Positions 17,158 to 26,993 of a stretch of 57,686 nucleotides of DNA are shown here, in pieces. Both the position numbers and the translations under genes were made by a program. The stretch spans positions 1 through 57,686 of IMG/VR virus record IMGVR_UViG_3300037245_000940. The stretch is one strand, 5' to 3'. Below the pieces are notes generated by a model. That model was not told the origin of the DNA. It saw only the letters and a program-made list of their open reading frames with translations, and searched no databases. Within the stretch, counting starts at the first letter, position 1, and each line of letters starts with the position of its first letter. This DNA is from a virus. Taxonomy: Duplodnaviria; Caudoviricetes.

Positions 17158-17633
17158 TGGCCATAAAGATCAACTTCAAAGGCATGAACCATAGCGGCAT
17201 GATGATCCCTGTTCGATACTATGTTGCACCAGGGCAATCATTGAAGAAGGATACGCTTTGTTCATTGAAACAAATAAAAGTAGACGAAGAATTTTTAGAT
17301 AATATTCCCAATCCTGACGAAACTGTATTAGAAATTGGAAACTTATATACTGCATTATGTCAATATGATCCAGGCCTAAAAGCGCATAGAGTAATATCTA
17401 ATGATGCTGATGAATATGAGATAGGGTTAACTTACCCAGATTACTCTTTATTCACATTTGACTTTTCATCAAAGCAGATATATTCAATGGAAATAGGTGA
17501 CTGCATTACATTCCTTTTAGATGGCAGTTTACGCGATAGAAAACACAAAGAGACATACGAATATAGCTATTTCAAAGTCATAATAAACGACTACACAATA
17601 CCAGAAAGGGTTATTCTTGAGCTACACAATTAA
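17157..17633 (+). CDS. Hypothetical protein (start at MAIKINF)
   Basis: TAATG coupling to the upstream gene. Confidence 0.7.
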   Translation: MAIKINFKGMNHSGMMIPVRYYVAPGQSLKKDTLCSLKQIKVDEEFLDNIPNPDETVLEIGNLYTALCQYDPGLKAHRVISNDADEYEIGLTYPDYSLFTFDFSSKQIYSMEIGDCITFLLDGSLRDRKHKETYEYSYFKVIINDYTIPERVILELHN

Positions 17634-17729
17634 CAGGCTACCATGTTCCCCGAGCTAACCTCTTAGAACATGTCGTCAAGCAAAACGCCTAAACTGCTAC
17701 TTATAGCATGGTAGCCTGTTAATTGTGTA
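17623..17729. repeat. 23-bp perfect inverted repeat enclosing 61 nt
   Basis: TACACAATTAACAGGCTACCATG (17623-17645) / CATGGTAGCCTGTTAATTGTGTA (17707-17729). Confidence 0.9.
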
Positions 17730-17734
17730 ACCTA

Positions 17735-17852
17735 GTGCGCTAGTACATTGCTAGTTATGATTCGATTATAGGTAAGAGCGAATTTGAAATACCCGCCTTC
17801 TTACCTTCTATTAGTTTGGTTATAGCTACTGAATAACTTTGTACTAGCGCAC
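17735..17852 (+). ncRNA. Candidate rod-shaped structured RNA
   Basis: GTGCGCTAGTACA/TGTACTAGCGCAC closing stem, inner AGTTAT/ATAACT and AGGTAAGA/TCTTACCT stems; non-coding. Confidence 0.45.
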
Positions 17853-17878
17853 GTTTAATTTAATATTGAGGAAAGAAA

Positions 17879-18013
17879 ATGAGAAAAAGACTGTTTAAAA
17901 AGTTATTCAAAATGTTCGCTAAAGTATTAAAGGAACAACAACGAAAAGGTAAGTTTATAGTATTACCAGTTGATAAAACACTTAGTAAAGAAAATAACAT
18001 TGATAACCTATAA
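17879..18013 (+). CDS. 44-aa basic small protein (not in ORF track)
   Basis: GAGGA RBS; MRKRLFKKLFKMFAKVLKE... Confidence 0.55.
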   Translation: MRKRLFKKLFKMFAKVLKEQQRKGKFIVLPVDKTLSKENNIDNL

Positions 18014-19736
18014 ACACAGAAAAATCAACAACACCATTCGAGTTTTCGGAATAAACTATAAAGACTTATTCCAAAAGCAGATGATGGCTAATATACCAGG
18101 ATCGAAGTATATACCACCACCTGTTCACGGTTCACAAATACCTAATTCACCATTCACTATTCATCGATTACACAGCCTTATATTAAACCTAGGGCTTGAT
18201 TTTCAAATGTGCGATGTTACCAGAGACACTTTAGCACAGTACGATAAAATAACGAATGTTATACCTGAAGTCATGGCTAGCGATAATGCAGAAATTAGGG
18301 CTAGGATAGCTAAGTTTAGTAAATTTGAACCATGGGACCACCAGCTTAAAGCGGTCGCTATTGTGGAAAAGCTAGAAGCTTCATACATGGCTCTTGATAT
18401 GGGTTGCGGTAAAACTAAGGTAGGATATGATTCGATAGGGCTTGATGTTAATAATCAAACAACATTCAATAGAACTTATTTAGTTATCTGCCCTAAATAT
18501 ATTATTGATGTTTGGAAAAATGAATCATTTAAGCATTCTACTATTCCTTTTGTGATAACTATCAAAGCTGATGGACTGATTGATAACCGTATAGAACACA
18601 TAAAAAATATGAAAAGGTATTCTGAAAAATCTGATAACCCATTATTTATAATTATAAACTACGACTGTATTGCTAATGAGAATATGCAAAAGCTTTTGCT
18701 ATCAATGGAATACAATACTTGTATATTAGACGAAGCGCACAGAATAAAATCAAGCAAAGGTAAGATAGCAAAGTTTATACGTGCAAAGCTTAGTAAGAAA
18801 TGTAAAAAAAGAATATGTTTATCTGGTACCCCCATTGCAAACTTGCCCAATGATTTATGGAGTCAATATTATTTTCTTGATAAGGATATCTTTGGTACAT
18901 CGTATTATAAGTTTTTAAACAAGTTCTTTTTATTAAACGATTATAATCAACCAATCAAAGTTATTAATGAAGAAGAACTTAAACGATTAATGTTTAGTAT
19001 ATGTTATCAAGTAGACTCAGATGACGTACAAGACTTGCCTGAATATACAGACATAGAAATTACAGGCAGTCTATCTAGTAAAGAATTAGCTATCTATAAT
19101 CAAATGGAAGTTTTATTATATTCAGAGATAAATGATAACATCGTTACTGCTGCAAATGCTGCTGTTAAATCTGTCAGGTTGCGTCAAATCACTTCAGGGT
19201 TTTTACCCGATGAGGATAGCGATAGGATTGAAATAGCTAATAATGTTAAGCCTAACTTGCTCAAAGAATTACTAAAAGATATTCCACAAGACGAACAAAT
19301 AGTAATCTTTTGCTTTTTCCATTATGATATGGATATAATAAAAAAGACTTGTGATAGTATGGATATTACTAACTGTGAAATATCGGGTAGAATCAAAAGT
19401 TCACACGATGCACTAAGGGCATTTGGTAGTCCAACTGTCTGTTTAAACAACGAAAAACCAACTGCTAGGGTTTTGATTGGTCAATCATCTTCGGCTAGTG
19501 AAGGGGTTGATTATACCAATTCAAGAACATGTATATTCTATACCCCGATCTATTTGCCAAAGGACTATAAGCAATGTAGGAAACGCCTACTAAGGCATGG
19601 CCAAAAGCGTAGCGTTATCTACTATCACCTAGTCGTTAAGCGCACAATAGACAGGGTAGTGTATAATTCCCTAACAAGGAAAATCAAGATAGGCGATTCA
19701 ATTTTAAGTTATTTCAAGGAAAAATATCAGAGTTAA
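17970..19736 (+). CDS. SNF2-family (SF2) helicase; true start possibly TTG at 18000
   Basis: PWDHQ Q-motif, DMGCGKT, LDEAHRIK, LSGTP, RLRQITSG, EGVD, Q.RKRLLRHGQ. Confidence 0.9.
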   Translation: MIKHLVKKITLITYKHRKINNTIRVFGINYKDLFQKQMMANIPGSKYIPPPVHGSQIPNSPFTIHRLHSLILNLGLDFQMCDVTRDTLAQYDKITNVIPEVMASDNAEIRARIAKFSKFEPWDHQLKAVAIVEKLEASYMALDMGCGKTKVGYDSIGLDVNNQTTFNRTYLVICPKYIIDVWKNESFKHSTIPFVITIKADGLIDNRIEHIKNMKRYSEKSDNPLFIIINYDCIANENMQKLLLSMEYNTCILDEAHRIKSSKGKIAKFIRAKLSKKCKKRICLSGTPIANLPNDLWSQYYFLDKDIFGTSYYKFLNKFFLLNDYNQPIKVINEEELKRLMFSICYQVDSDDVQDLPEYTDIEITGSLSSKELAIYNQMEVLLYSEINDNIVTAANAAVKSVRLRQITSGFLPDEDSDRIEIANNVKPNLLKELLKDIPQDEQIVIFCFFHYDMDIIKKTCDSMDITNCEISGRIKSSHDALRAFGSPTVCLNNEKPTARVLIGQSSSASEGVDYTNSRTCIFYTPIYLPKDYKQCRKRLLRHGQKRSVIYYHLVVKRTIDRVVYNSLTRKIKIGDSILSYFKEKYQS

Positions 19737-19753
19737 TTATTTTTTTATTTTAC

Positions 19754-19782
19754 TTGACAAATCTTTTTTATTTTTGTAAAAT
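19754..19782 (+). promoter_or_regulatory. Sigma70-type promoter (replication operon)
   Basis: TTGACA-N17-TAAAAT. Confidence 0.75.
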
Positions 19783-19806
19783 GTGAAAAATCATAAAGGA
19801 CCAAAA

Positions 19807-20049
19807 ATGTCAGAATTTAGTTCGAAAGAAACCGCTCTATGTTTAGATTTATCCGAAACCCAGTTATCTAACTATCGCTTAGATGATGAGGATACTACCG
19901 GACCTAAGTTTACGAAGGATGGAGGTAAATATAAATACGATGTTGAAAGCATATTCGAGTTCATTGATACAAAAGAGAAGCTTGCTATTAAGTTAGCTGC
20001 CGATTGTAGGGATTTAGTTAAGCTTAAACTGAAGCAAAAAGGGGAATAG
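19807..20049 (+). CDS. AlpA/excisionase-like winged HTH DNA-binding protein
   Basis: S.KETA..L.LS..QL.NYR...GPKF.K.G....Y pattern; AAGGA RBS. Confidence 0.7.
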   Translation: MSEFSSKETALCLDLSETQLSNYRLDDEDTTGPKFTKDGGKYKYDVESIFEFIDTKEKLAIKLAADCRDLVKLKLKQKGE

Positions 20050-20054
20050 TAACA

Positions 20055-20750
20055 ATGCAAAAAGAAGAAATGACAATTGACCAAAAGAAATTTATTATAG
20101 AACGATCCGATAACGCAACAGCTATCATAGGTATACAGTTAACAGCTAACTTAATTAATGAATCTTTTGAGCTTGTTATATGTGAAACTATTATAAGTAA
20201 TGCTACGTCAAGGATTAACTACGAAAAATCAATAGCAATACTACAAAACATCGAAGACTACCCAGAAGAAGACCGACACAAACTATCAGTAGAGCATTAC
20301 ATAATCTGCAAAAAGTACTCGAAGCAATTAGAAAAAGAAGCAGAGTTAATCAAGAAGACAGTAAACAAAAGCAATGAATACTTGTTAAACTATATGAAAG
20401 ATAATAATCATATATCATTAACTGTTAAAGGTAAAGGTACATTATACCTTAAGTTCCAAATATGGTCAAAGAAGCTAGGCGAAGATGCCAGCAAAGAAGA
20501 GACTGATAGAAGGTTCATAGCAGCTATAGAAGCTGCTGGTTATGGTGAATACGTGAATCAATCTGTAAACATTTTATCATTTTCTTCTAAACTTCGTAGC
20601 CTTGACCCTGATGATAAAGACTTAGAAGTGATATTAGAAAAGATTCCTGATGTAGAGTTTGAATATACTAACGATCAAGGAAAGAAGGTCAAAGGCAAAA
20701 CGAAAGAGACAATCGGAGCAAGCGAAGTTATTACATTAATGGTTAGATAA
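20055..20750 (+). CDS. Hypothetical replication/recombination-module protein
   Basis: Coiled-coil plus GKGTLY segment; context. Confidence 0.6.
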   Translation: MQKEEMTIDQKKFIIERSDNATAIIGIQLTANLINESFELVICETIISNATSRINYEKSIAILQNIEDYPEEDRHKLSVEHYIICKKYSKQLEKEAELIKKTVNKSNEYLLNYMKDNNHISLTVKGKGTLYLKFQIWSKKLGEDASKEETDRRFIAAIEAAGYGEYVNQSVNILSFSSKLRSLDPDDKDLEVILEKIPDVEFEYTNDQGKKVKGKTKETIGASEVITLMVR

Positions 20751-20762
20751 GGAGTATTGATA

Positions 20763-21530
20763 ATGGCAAAGAAAGCAGAATTAGTTAAGTTTAATAGCAC
20801 AGCGTACCCTGTACTTACAGAAGGTATGGGCGATATTGCAGAATTGTTTTCTGTTAACCTTGGCACTGAGGGCTTGAGTCCTTTCGATCTTGGAAGGGCA
20901 TGTTTGTCTGGTGGTAAGACACCAGGATTTGTTATCGAAGATGGCGATGGTGAACCAGAGACAGTTACTACAATTGATGCGCTAATTGTAGGTCAACAGG
21001 ATACACGCCAAATGTATCTTACATCTGATGCCAATGGTGAACCGCCTGATTGTTATTCAATCGACAATATTACAGGCAATGGTAAGCGTTCTAAGGATCA
21101 AAGCGTAGCGTCTGCTTTAAACTGTTGTGATTGCGAGTTGTCTAAATTCGGATCAGCAGTAAAAGGTAATGGTCAATTTTGTTCGGCGCGTTGTTTAGTT
21201 TTCTACCTTTCCGAAAACTCATCTATTCCTGATATGATATCATTAACTCCTACATCATTAAAAAACTGGAAACAATATAAGGTTCGTTTGCTTAAAAAGC
21301 GCATTCCTCTTTTCGGAACTATTACGCAATTATCAACTGAATCTGATAAAAGTGTCGATGGCGTTATTTATCAAAAAACAAAGTTTAAATCAACACTTAT
21401 TCTTGATCCTCCTAGCTTGGCTGGTGCTCGTAGCTACTTCAAAATGTTTAGCAAAGTGATTAAAACAACTGCTAATGCAGTATCAGATGCACCTGCAAAT
21501 CCAGAAGCAGACACCGATACACCTGAATAA
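20763..21530 (+). CDS. Putative ssDNA-binding protein
   Basis: PPDCYSID..G, C..C.L.KFGS..G.G..C, LTPTSLK motifs, acidic C-terminal tail; precedes primase. Confidence 0.55.
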   Translation: MAKKAELVKFNSTAYPVLTEGMGDIAELFSVNLGTEGLSPFDLGRACLSGGKTPGFVIEDGDGEPETVTTIDALIVGQQDTRQMYLTSDANGEPPDCYSIDNITGNGKRSKDQSVASALNCCDCELSKFGSAVKGNGQFCSARCLVFYLSENSSIPDMISLTPTSLKNWKQYKVRLLKKRIPLFGTITQLSTESDKSVDGVIYQKTKFKSTLILDPPSLAGARSYFKMFSKVIKTTANAVSDAPANPEADTDTPE

Positions 21531-21557
21531 CAAAGCCTGAAAATTGGTGTTTAATTT

Positions 21558-23285
21558 ATGTCAATTGAATTATCGACTCGGTTTATCGAACTATTATATG
21601 GTGATAAACCGAGTCAGAAATATATCCTAGTATGGTCAATGCAAGGTAGAATATCCAAGTGGTTTCGATCTATTGATTATGCTATTAAGTACATAGACAG
21701 CGTAAACAAGAGGAAAATAAATGGAAAACTAGATACCAACAGAGATTTATACTTAGGTTGCTGCTTATCGTCAAAAGATTTTGGACCCAATAGAAGGTGT
21801 TTGGCCAATGATGTAACTGCTATAGGTGGGCTTTGGATTGATATCGATGTAGAAGGTACCAATCACAAAGGAAAGAAAAGGTATCCTAAGACTATGCAAG
21901 AAGCTATTAAAATAGCAAACAGCCTACCTTTAAAGCCTAGTGTGATATTAAATACAGGTGGTGGCATTCACGCATGGTGGAAACTTGCAGAGATACAAGA
22001 AATAGATTCTACAGAGATGCTCGATTATGTAACGAAGACTGTTGCACAATGGCAGTTGACTTTGCAGTATCATGCCTCTTTAAAGAAATACGATATAGAT
22101 TCTACACATGATCTAGCTAGGGTTATGAGGATACCAGGAACATATAACTGCAAAGGCAAAGAACCTAAACTAATAACTATCATTGAAGAAAACGATAACG
22201 CTTTTGAGTTAGAAGACTTTGAACAATACTTTCCTAAAGAAATGGAAAAGCAATTTAAGGAAGTAACTGAAGTTAAGGCAAGAAAGAAAGACGGTCTACC
22301 GAATGTTGTCATAGATATCAATGCAGGACTAGACCCCGAAAAATGGTCTTTAGCTGTGCAATCGTTTCCTAAACTACAATCATTGTTCGACCATGAAAAA
22401 CACGCTGTTAAACACTTTAAAGACAATTCATTATCTAGTATTGATCTTAGCTTGGCTTCTACCCTTGTTAACATAGGATGGAACGATCAAGATATAGCTA
22501 ATGTTATAACAGCGCACAGGTTAAAATATGATCCTAACGATCATAAAATTCGTAGTGGTAGAATTGACTATCTACAATACACTATCCAAAGGGCACATGT
22601 TAAGTTAGTAAAGAACAATGCACAGGATAGAATCAATGATATGTCAGACTTTGGCGATAAGCCAACCACTAAAGAAGAAATAGTAGTTTATAGGAATACT
22701 ATATTAAAAAACTTATCAGATAGATTTGGAGTAGAGTTTACGGATATTATAGAGTTTAGATCCGATCCACCTGAATATAGAATATGTTTTAAAGGTAATA
22801 GGTTCGTTCAATTTCATTCAATAGACGAACTATTGCGACCTATTAAGTTTAGAAACGCTATAGCACAGGGCGTTAAGATAGTTATCAACGTACCTGATGG
22901 TAAGAACTGGCTCAATATAAGCCAACAGATACTAGATGCTTCTAGGGAAATGGATGTAGGCGCAGAGTCTACTGAAGCAGGTGCTATCAAAACGTGGGTA
23001 ATTGGCTACCTAAGCTCCAAACGGATTAACGATGACCCTGGTGACGCTGTACGAAGAAAAAGCCCTTTCCACAAGAGCATAGGCGGTACAGAGTATATTT
23101 GCATGTTCGGTGAGGATTTCAAGGAATGGCTCTTCAGAATCAGAGGCGAGCGAGTATCAAGTAGACGTATAGGTATAATGCTATCTAACGTCTTGATGGC
23201 TACGAATGGATCAGTGAGGATTTCCGGTGATAAGGTCGCCTCTGTGTGGAAAATTCCTAAAGCTAATCTATCTGGAGTCGAATAA
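21558..23285 (+). CDS. RepB-type (AEP superfamily) DNA primase
   Basis: LWIDID, PSVILNTGGGIHAWW, DLARVMRIPGTYNCK motifs; helical C-terminal region. Confidence 0.85.
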   Translation: MSIELSTRFIELLYGDKPSQKYILVWSMQGRISKWFRSIDYAIKYIDSVNKRKINGKLDTNRDLYLGCCLSSKDFGPNRRCLANDVTAIGGLWIDIDVEGTNHKGKKRYPKTMQEAIKIANSLPLKPSVILNTGGGIHAWWKLAEIQEIDSTEMLDYVTKTVAQWQLTLQYHASLKKYDIDSTHDLARVMRIPGTYNCKGKEPKLITIIEENDNAFELEDFEQYFPKEMEKQFKEVTEVKARKKDGLPNVVIDINAGLDPEKWSLAVQSFPKLQSLFDHEKHAVKHFKDNSLSSIDLSLASTLVNIGWNDQDIANVITAHRLKYDPNDHKIRSGRIDYLQYTIQRAHVKLVKNNAQDRINDMSDFGDKPTTKEEIVVYRNTILKNLSDRFGVEFTDIIEFRSDPPEYRICFKGNRFVQFHSIDELLRPIKFRNAIAQGVKIVINVPDGKNWLNISQQILDASREMDVGAESTEAGAIKTWVIGYLSSKRINDDPGDAVRRKSPFHKSIGGTEYICMFGEDFKEWLFRIRGERVSSRRIGIMLSNVLMATNGSVRISGDKVASVWKIPKANLSGVE

Positions 23286-23318
23286 TGGAATCTGTAACCT
23301 GTACGCTTGTAATAGGAC

Positions 23319-23435
23319 TTTTTTTGAAAAAACTTTTTAAGTTCAACATCTCAACTTACAACCTTACAACACTAAAATACTTAGTATATATAGTAACTTG
23401 CGATGTAGGAAGCAAGGTCAAATGTAAGCCCACAT
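23319..23435. repeat. Origin-like element, copy 1 (homologous to 42632-42747)
   Basis: Shared AAAAAACTTTTTAA, TCAACTTACAACCTTACAAC, TAGTATATA, ATGTAGG.AGCAAGGTCAA, TGTAAGCCCACA blocks; directly after primase. Confidence 0.75.
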
Positions 23436-23482
23436 TTTACACATTTATAACTGCACATTGAGATTTGTAAGGAGTTAGCGTT

Positions 23483-23761
23483 TTGAAGAAGAAATTTGAC
23501 ATAGGTGAATTTACCCGAATCGGTGAGGTATTCTTAAAGCATAACCCTTGGATTTTGCCGATACTGAATGAGTTAAAAACCCAAGGTCATCAAATGATGG
23601 GCATACCCTTTACAATGAGAACACCTATAGAAATGAAAGAGCTTGCTGTATTAGCTGGTTATATGTGCTTTGAATATAATGTTGATCCTTTGAAGGATAC
23701 TAATTTTGGGGATGTTCATAAGAAGAATAAGAAGAGGAAGAAGAAGAAAGGAAGGCGATAA
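23483..23761 (+). CDS. Hypothetical protein with very basic C-terminus
   Basis: AAGGAG RBS, TTG start. Confidence 0.7.
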   Translation: MKKKFDIGEFTRIGEVFLKHNPWILPILNELKTQGHQMMGIPFTMRTPIEMKELAVLAGYMCFEYNVDPLKDTNFGDVHKKNKKRKKKKGRR

Positions 23762-24045
23762 TGGATATATTAACCAAAGAGGATTGGTGGGAAGTCGTTG
23801 CAGATAATACTGAAGCAATCTTAGATATGCTTTTTATGTTTCAACAGGATCATAGAATTGTTTTTGATCCATATGTTAAGTCCAAAGACTGGGAAAAGCT
23901 TCATGAACTTTTTGAAAAGATTTGGCATAATATTCCTAATGGTTCGGCACAAAACATAAAAGGGTTTTATTCTCTTTGTGATTTATGTTCCGAAACTTGG
24001 GTATTTGATGACGACAATGACGATATACCTGAAGAGTCATTATGA
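23761..24045 (+). CDS. Hypothetical acidic protein
   Basis: TAATG coupling. Confidence 0.7.
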   Translation: MDILTKEDWWEVVADNTEAILDMLFMFQQDHRIVFDPYVKSKDWEKLHELFEKIWHNIPNGSAQNIKGFYSLCDLCSETWVFDDDNDDIPEESL

Positions 24046-24116
24046 TGGAAATCAGCATTATAATTGTAATCCTTGGCCTTATATTTGGAATGTTTCTTAG
24101 TGAGGTTTTAAGGTAA
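24042..24116 (+). CDS. 24-aa single-TM peptide (not in ORF track)
   Basis: MMEISIIIVILGLIFGMFLSEVLR; ATGA overlap upstream and TAATG overlap downstream. Confidence 0.65.
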   Translation: MMEISIIIVILGLIFGMFLSEVLR

Positions 24117-25831
24117 TGGAATTAAGACTCTGTGGACCTCCTGGTACTGGGAAAACGACCGAATTAAGCAAGGTACGTATACCAAGAGCCGTAGCCAAAT
24201 ACGGTGCTGAAAACGTCATAGTAGCAAGCCATACCAGGGCAGCAGCAAGGGAAATCGGTTCACGTAATGCACAGCTACCTAAGAACAACGTAGGTACGTT
24301 ACACGCTATCTGTTACAGGGCTTTAGGTCATCCTACTATGACTCAAAATCATTTGGATGAATGGAACGAATACACTAAAGATTACAAGTTTACATTGTTC
24401 GGAAAGAAGCAATCTTTAGATGATCCATTTGATGATGCTGCTACCGATCAAACTGAAGGTGATTTATTATCAGGTGAGTTAACAATTGCCAGAGCTAAGA
24501 TGATACCCAAAGAAAAATGGAGCGAACAGCTAAACCATTTTTCAGACGAATGGAGCAAATGGAAAGTCTTAAATGACTATACAGACTTTACAGACTTGAT
24601 TGATTTGTGCTATAAAGATTTAGAATGCTTAGAAGGAAATCCAAAAGTAGGCATCATGGATGAATCACAGGATTTTACTAACTTGCAACTATCTTTAGTT
24701 AGAAAATGGTTTAACGGTGAAGGTAAACATTTATTAATAGCTGGTGACGATGACCAAAATCTATACACTTTCGCTGGTACGTCTAGCGATGCTTTTCTTA
24801 ACCCACCTATTGATAAGAAGTTTATGCAGATACTTACGCAATCTTATCGAGTGCCTAAGACGGTACATAAATTAGCTAATAAATGGATTAAGCAAAATAA
24901 AACAAGGGTTAAAAAGGATTACCTACCAACAGACAAAGAAGGCTTTGTAGAAAATTCCGGTGCATCATTCGATGAACCTGAATATTTCTTAGATACTATC
25001 AAAGAGAACATTAAGAACGATGAAAGCACAATGATCCTTGCATCATGTTCGTATATGCTTAAAAAGTTTCTCAAGGTACTGAGAGAAGAGGGTATACCAT
25101 TCTGTAATCCATATAGAAAAAATCGTCGTGATTGGAATCCATTATCGAAAGGTAGAAAGAACAGTGTATCAATGATCGATAGAATATTATCGTTCTTATT
25201 ACCAGAGCATTCTTTTCCACCTGTATGGAATTATATACAGTTGAGTCGGTTCGTTGATATCTTAGATGCTAAATCCTGCTTAAAGCATGGAGCAAAGGTT
25301 AAGTTGTCAAGGTTAGCTAAGAATAAATTAGCTAACTACGAACTTGATGAAATACTAAAAGCAGAAACTAGTCATCAATACGATGCTTTTAGCAACCTTC
25401 ATAAAATGAAGCTAGACAACCGATTGAATTCGTACTATACAGTACTATCTGAATTTTTTCAAGACAGTGTAGCAGAGAAACTTGTAGAGTTTTTAAACAA
25501 AGGTGATATAGATTATAACTTCTTATCTACTAACATAATGAAAGGTAAATATAAACTAGCAGAGTTTTTATTCAGTACCTATAAACAAGGTGGTGTAGAG
25601 GCTTTAACAGAGACACCGAAAGTGATAGTAGGTACAATTCACTCTGTAAAAGGTGGTGAAGCAGAGAACGTTATTCTATCGCCTGATTTGTCTAATGCAG
25701 GGTATCGGAATTTTCAAGACTATGATATGATAGATACTGTTATAAGGATGTTCTATGTTGCAATGACTAGGACTAGCAATAAACTTTTAATAGCACAGCC
25801 AAGTAGCTGGTGCGTAGAATTGGGGATATGA
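24116..25831 (+). CDS. UvrD/Rep-like SF1 helicase
   Basis: GPPGTGKTT, GTLHA, MDESQD, AGDDDQNLY, QSYRVP, TIHSVKGGEA, FYVAMTR. Confidence 0.92.
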   Translation: MELRLCGPPGTGKTTELSKVRIPRAVAKYGAENVIVASHTRAAAREIGSRNAQLPKNNVGTLHAICYRALGHPTMTQNHLDEWNEYTKDYKFTLFGKKQSLDDPFDDAATDQTEGDLLSGELTIARAKMIPKEKWSEQLNHFSDEWSKWKVLNDYTDFTDLIDLCYKDLECLEGNPKVGIMDESQDFTNLQLSLVRKWFNGEGKHLLIAGDDDQNLYTFAGTSSDAFLNPPIDKKFMQILTQSYRVPKTVHKLANKWIKQNKTRVKKDYLPTDKEGFVENSGASFDEPEYFLDTIKENIKNDESTMILASCSYMLKKFLKVLREEGIPFCNPYRKNRRDWNPLSKGRKNSVSMIDRILSFLLPEHSFPPVWNYIQLSRFVDILDAKSCLKHGAKVKLSRLAKNKLANYELDEILKAETSHQYDAFSNLHKMKLDNRLNSYYTVLSEFFQDSVAEKLVEFLNKGDIDYNFLSTNIMKGKYKLAEFLFSTYKQGGVEALTETPKVIVGTIHSVKGGEAENVILSPDLSNAGYRNFQDYDMIDTVIRMFYVAMTRTSNKLLIAQPSSWCVELGI

Positions 25832-26247
25832 TGAAACGCAAAAAAGAACCGTTTAAGGATTGCGTAAAAGCAGTAAAGCAATTAGAGGCTAATAATCAAA
25901 CAGAAGAAGATGTATTTGTAGAAGGACTACAAAAACGTATCGAGGAGCTAGAAAAACAAAAGGAAGCAAAACCATTCAGGTATGAAGAAGATATAAAATA
26001 TATTCACTTCTGTACCATGAATGATGCAGGTGAAAAAATCGTACAATATAAAAGGGCTCCAAGAGATGGTGAAGAATTTGTAAATAGGGATGTTGTGACT
26101 TTCGCACTTAACGCATTTAGTGATAATTCAAAAATTATAATGCAAAGAGTTACAAATATTCTAGGGCATACTGTAGATGTTTATATAAGGTTTGGCGAAT
26201 TATTCAGTGTAGAATTAGTAAGAAAAGGAATCAAAGATGAACATTAA
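25828..26247 (+). CDS. Hypothetical protein
   Basis: ATGA coupling to the helicase stop. Confidence 0.65.
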   Translation: MMKRKKEPFKDCVKAVKQLEANNQTEEDVFVEGLQKRIEELEKQKEAKPFRYEEDIKYIHFCTMNDAGEKIVQYKRAPRDGEEFVNRDVVTFALNAFSDNSKIIMQRVTNILGHTVDVYIRFGELFSVELVRKGIKDEH

Positions 26248-26740
26248 ATGCGCCTACGACGATACGTTTTTACAAAGCTTAATAACTAAGCTTATAAATA
26301 CTAATAAGAAATTCAAGCTGAATAAAGAAGTAGACGATTTCAAGATTAGTGATTACAATACACTAGGAACAGCGGTTAGGGCAGCACGGCAAAGGTACGA
26401 CGGTCTTAATATGACTAAGGTTCAAAAAGCTATATACGTTAAAGAAGGTACTTTAATATCCTATCAGTATCTAGCTTTAATAGAACGTGATGAAAAGGTA
26501 TCACCGAATACTGAGGTTATTATACAGCTTGCTTATCTTTATGATATCGATCAATTTGAATTGATACGACTTGCAAAGAAAGCTGATTCAAGGCTTATTA
26601 AAATGATGTACACTGTACAAGGGTGTATGGAGCTATTACATACGTTGGCTAATACATGTGCTGATGGTAAAGTTGATATGTCAGAATGGTTTGATGAACA
26701 ACTACAAGTGCTTAATGAGATTGGGGGTAGTGATGAATAA
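26237..26740 (+). CDS. XRE-family HTH protein
   Basis: TLG.AVRAAR....ISYQYLALIERDE..P...I.QLA.LY pattern. Confidence 0.65.
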   Translation: MNIKCAYDDTFLQSLITKLINTNKKFKLNKEVDDFKISDYNTLGTAVRAARQRYDGLNMTKVQKAIYVKEGTLISYQYLALIERDEKVSPNTEVIIQLAYLYDIDQFELIRLAKKADSRLIKMMYTVQGCMELLHTLANTCADGKVDMSEWFDEQLQVLNEIGGSDE

Positions 26741-26993
26741 ATCAATGAAATGGACTCAAAAAGAAGGCAACAAAAAGTCTTTATCAGATTTCAATAAAGG
26801 TGAATGGTTTATTGATTCTTCTAGTGACTTGGGATTTAAACTTAAAAATGCTAAGATTAATGATACAACTAAAGTAGAATTTGAATGTGTTATATTCTCT
26901 AGTGAAAGCCTCCTTCCAAGGCATTCAGTTGAAAACGGTGAGATACAATTAACACCGGTAGATGTAGAAATAATAACAAGTGAAAAAGTATAA
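26733..26993 (+). CDS. Hypothetical protein
   Basis: GGGGG RBS; start moved to MNKSMKW. Confidence 0.6.
   Translation: MNKSMKWTQKEGNKKSLSDFNKGEWFIDSSSDLGFKLKNAKINDTTKVEFECVIFSSESLLPRHSVENGEIQLTPVDVEIITSEKV

Noticed and set aside
19807-20049. Integration module implied by the excisionase-like HTH
   Set aside because: No tyrosine or serine recombinase motif found; no host genes or att-like junction in the window
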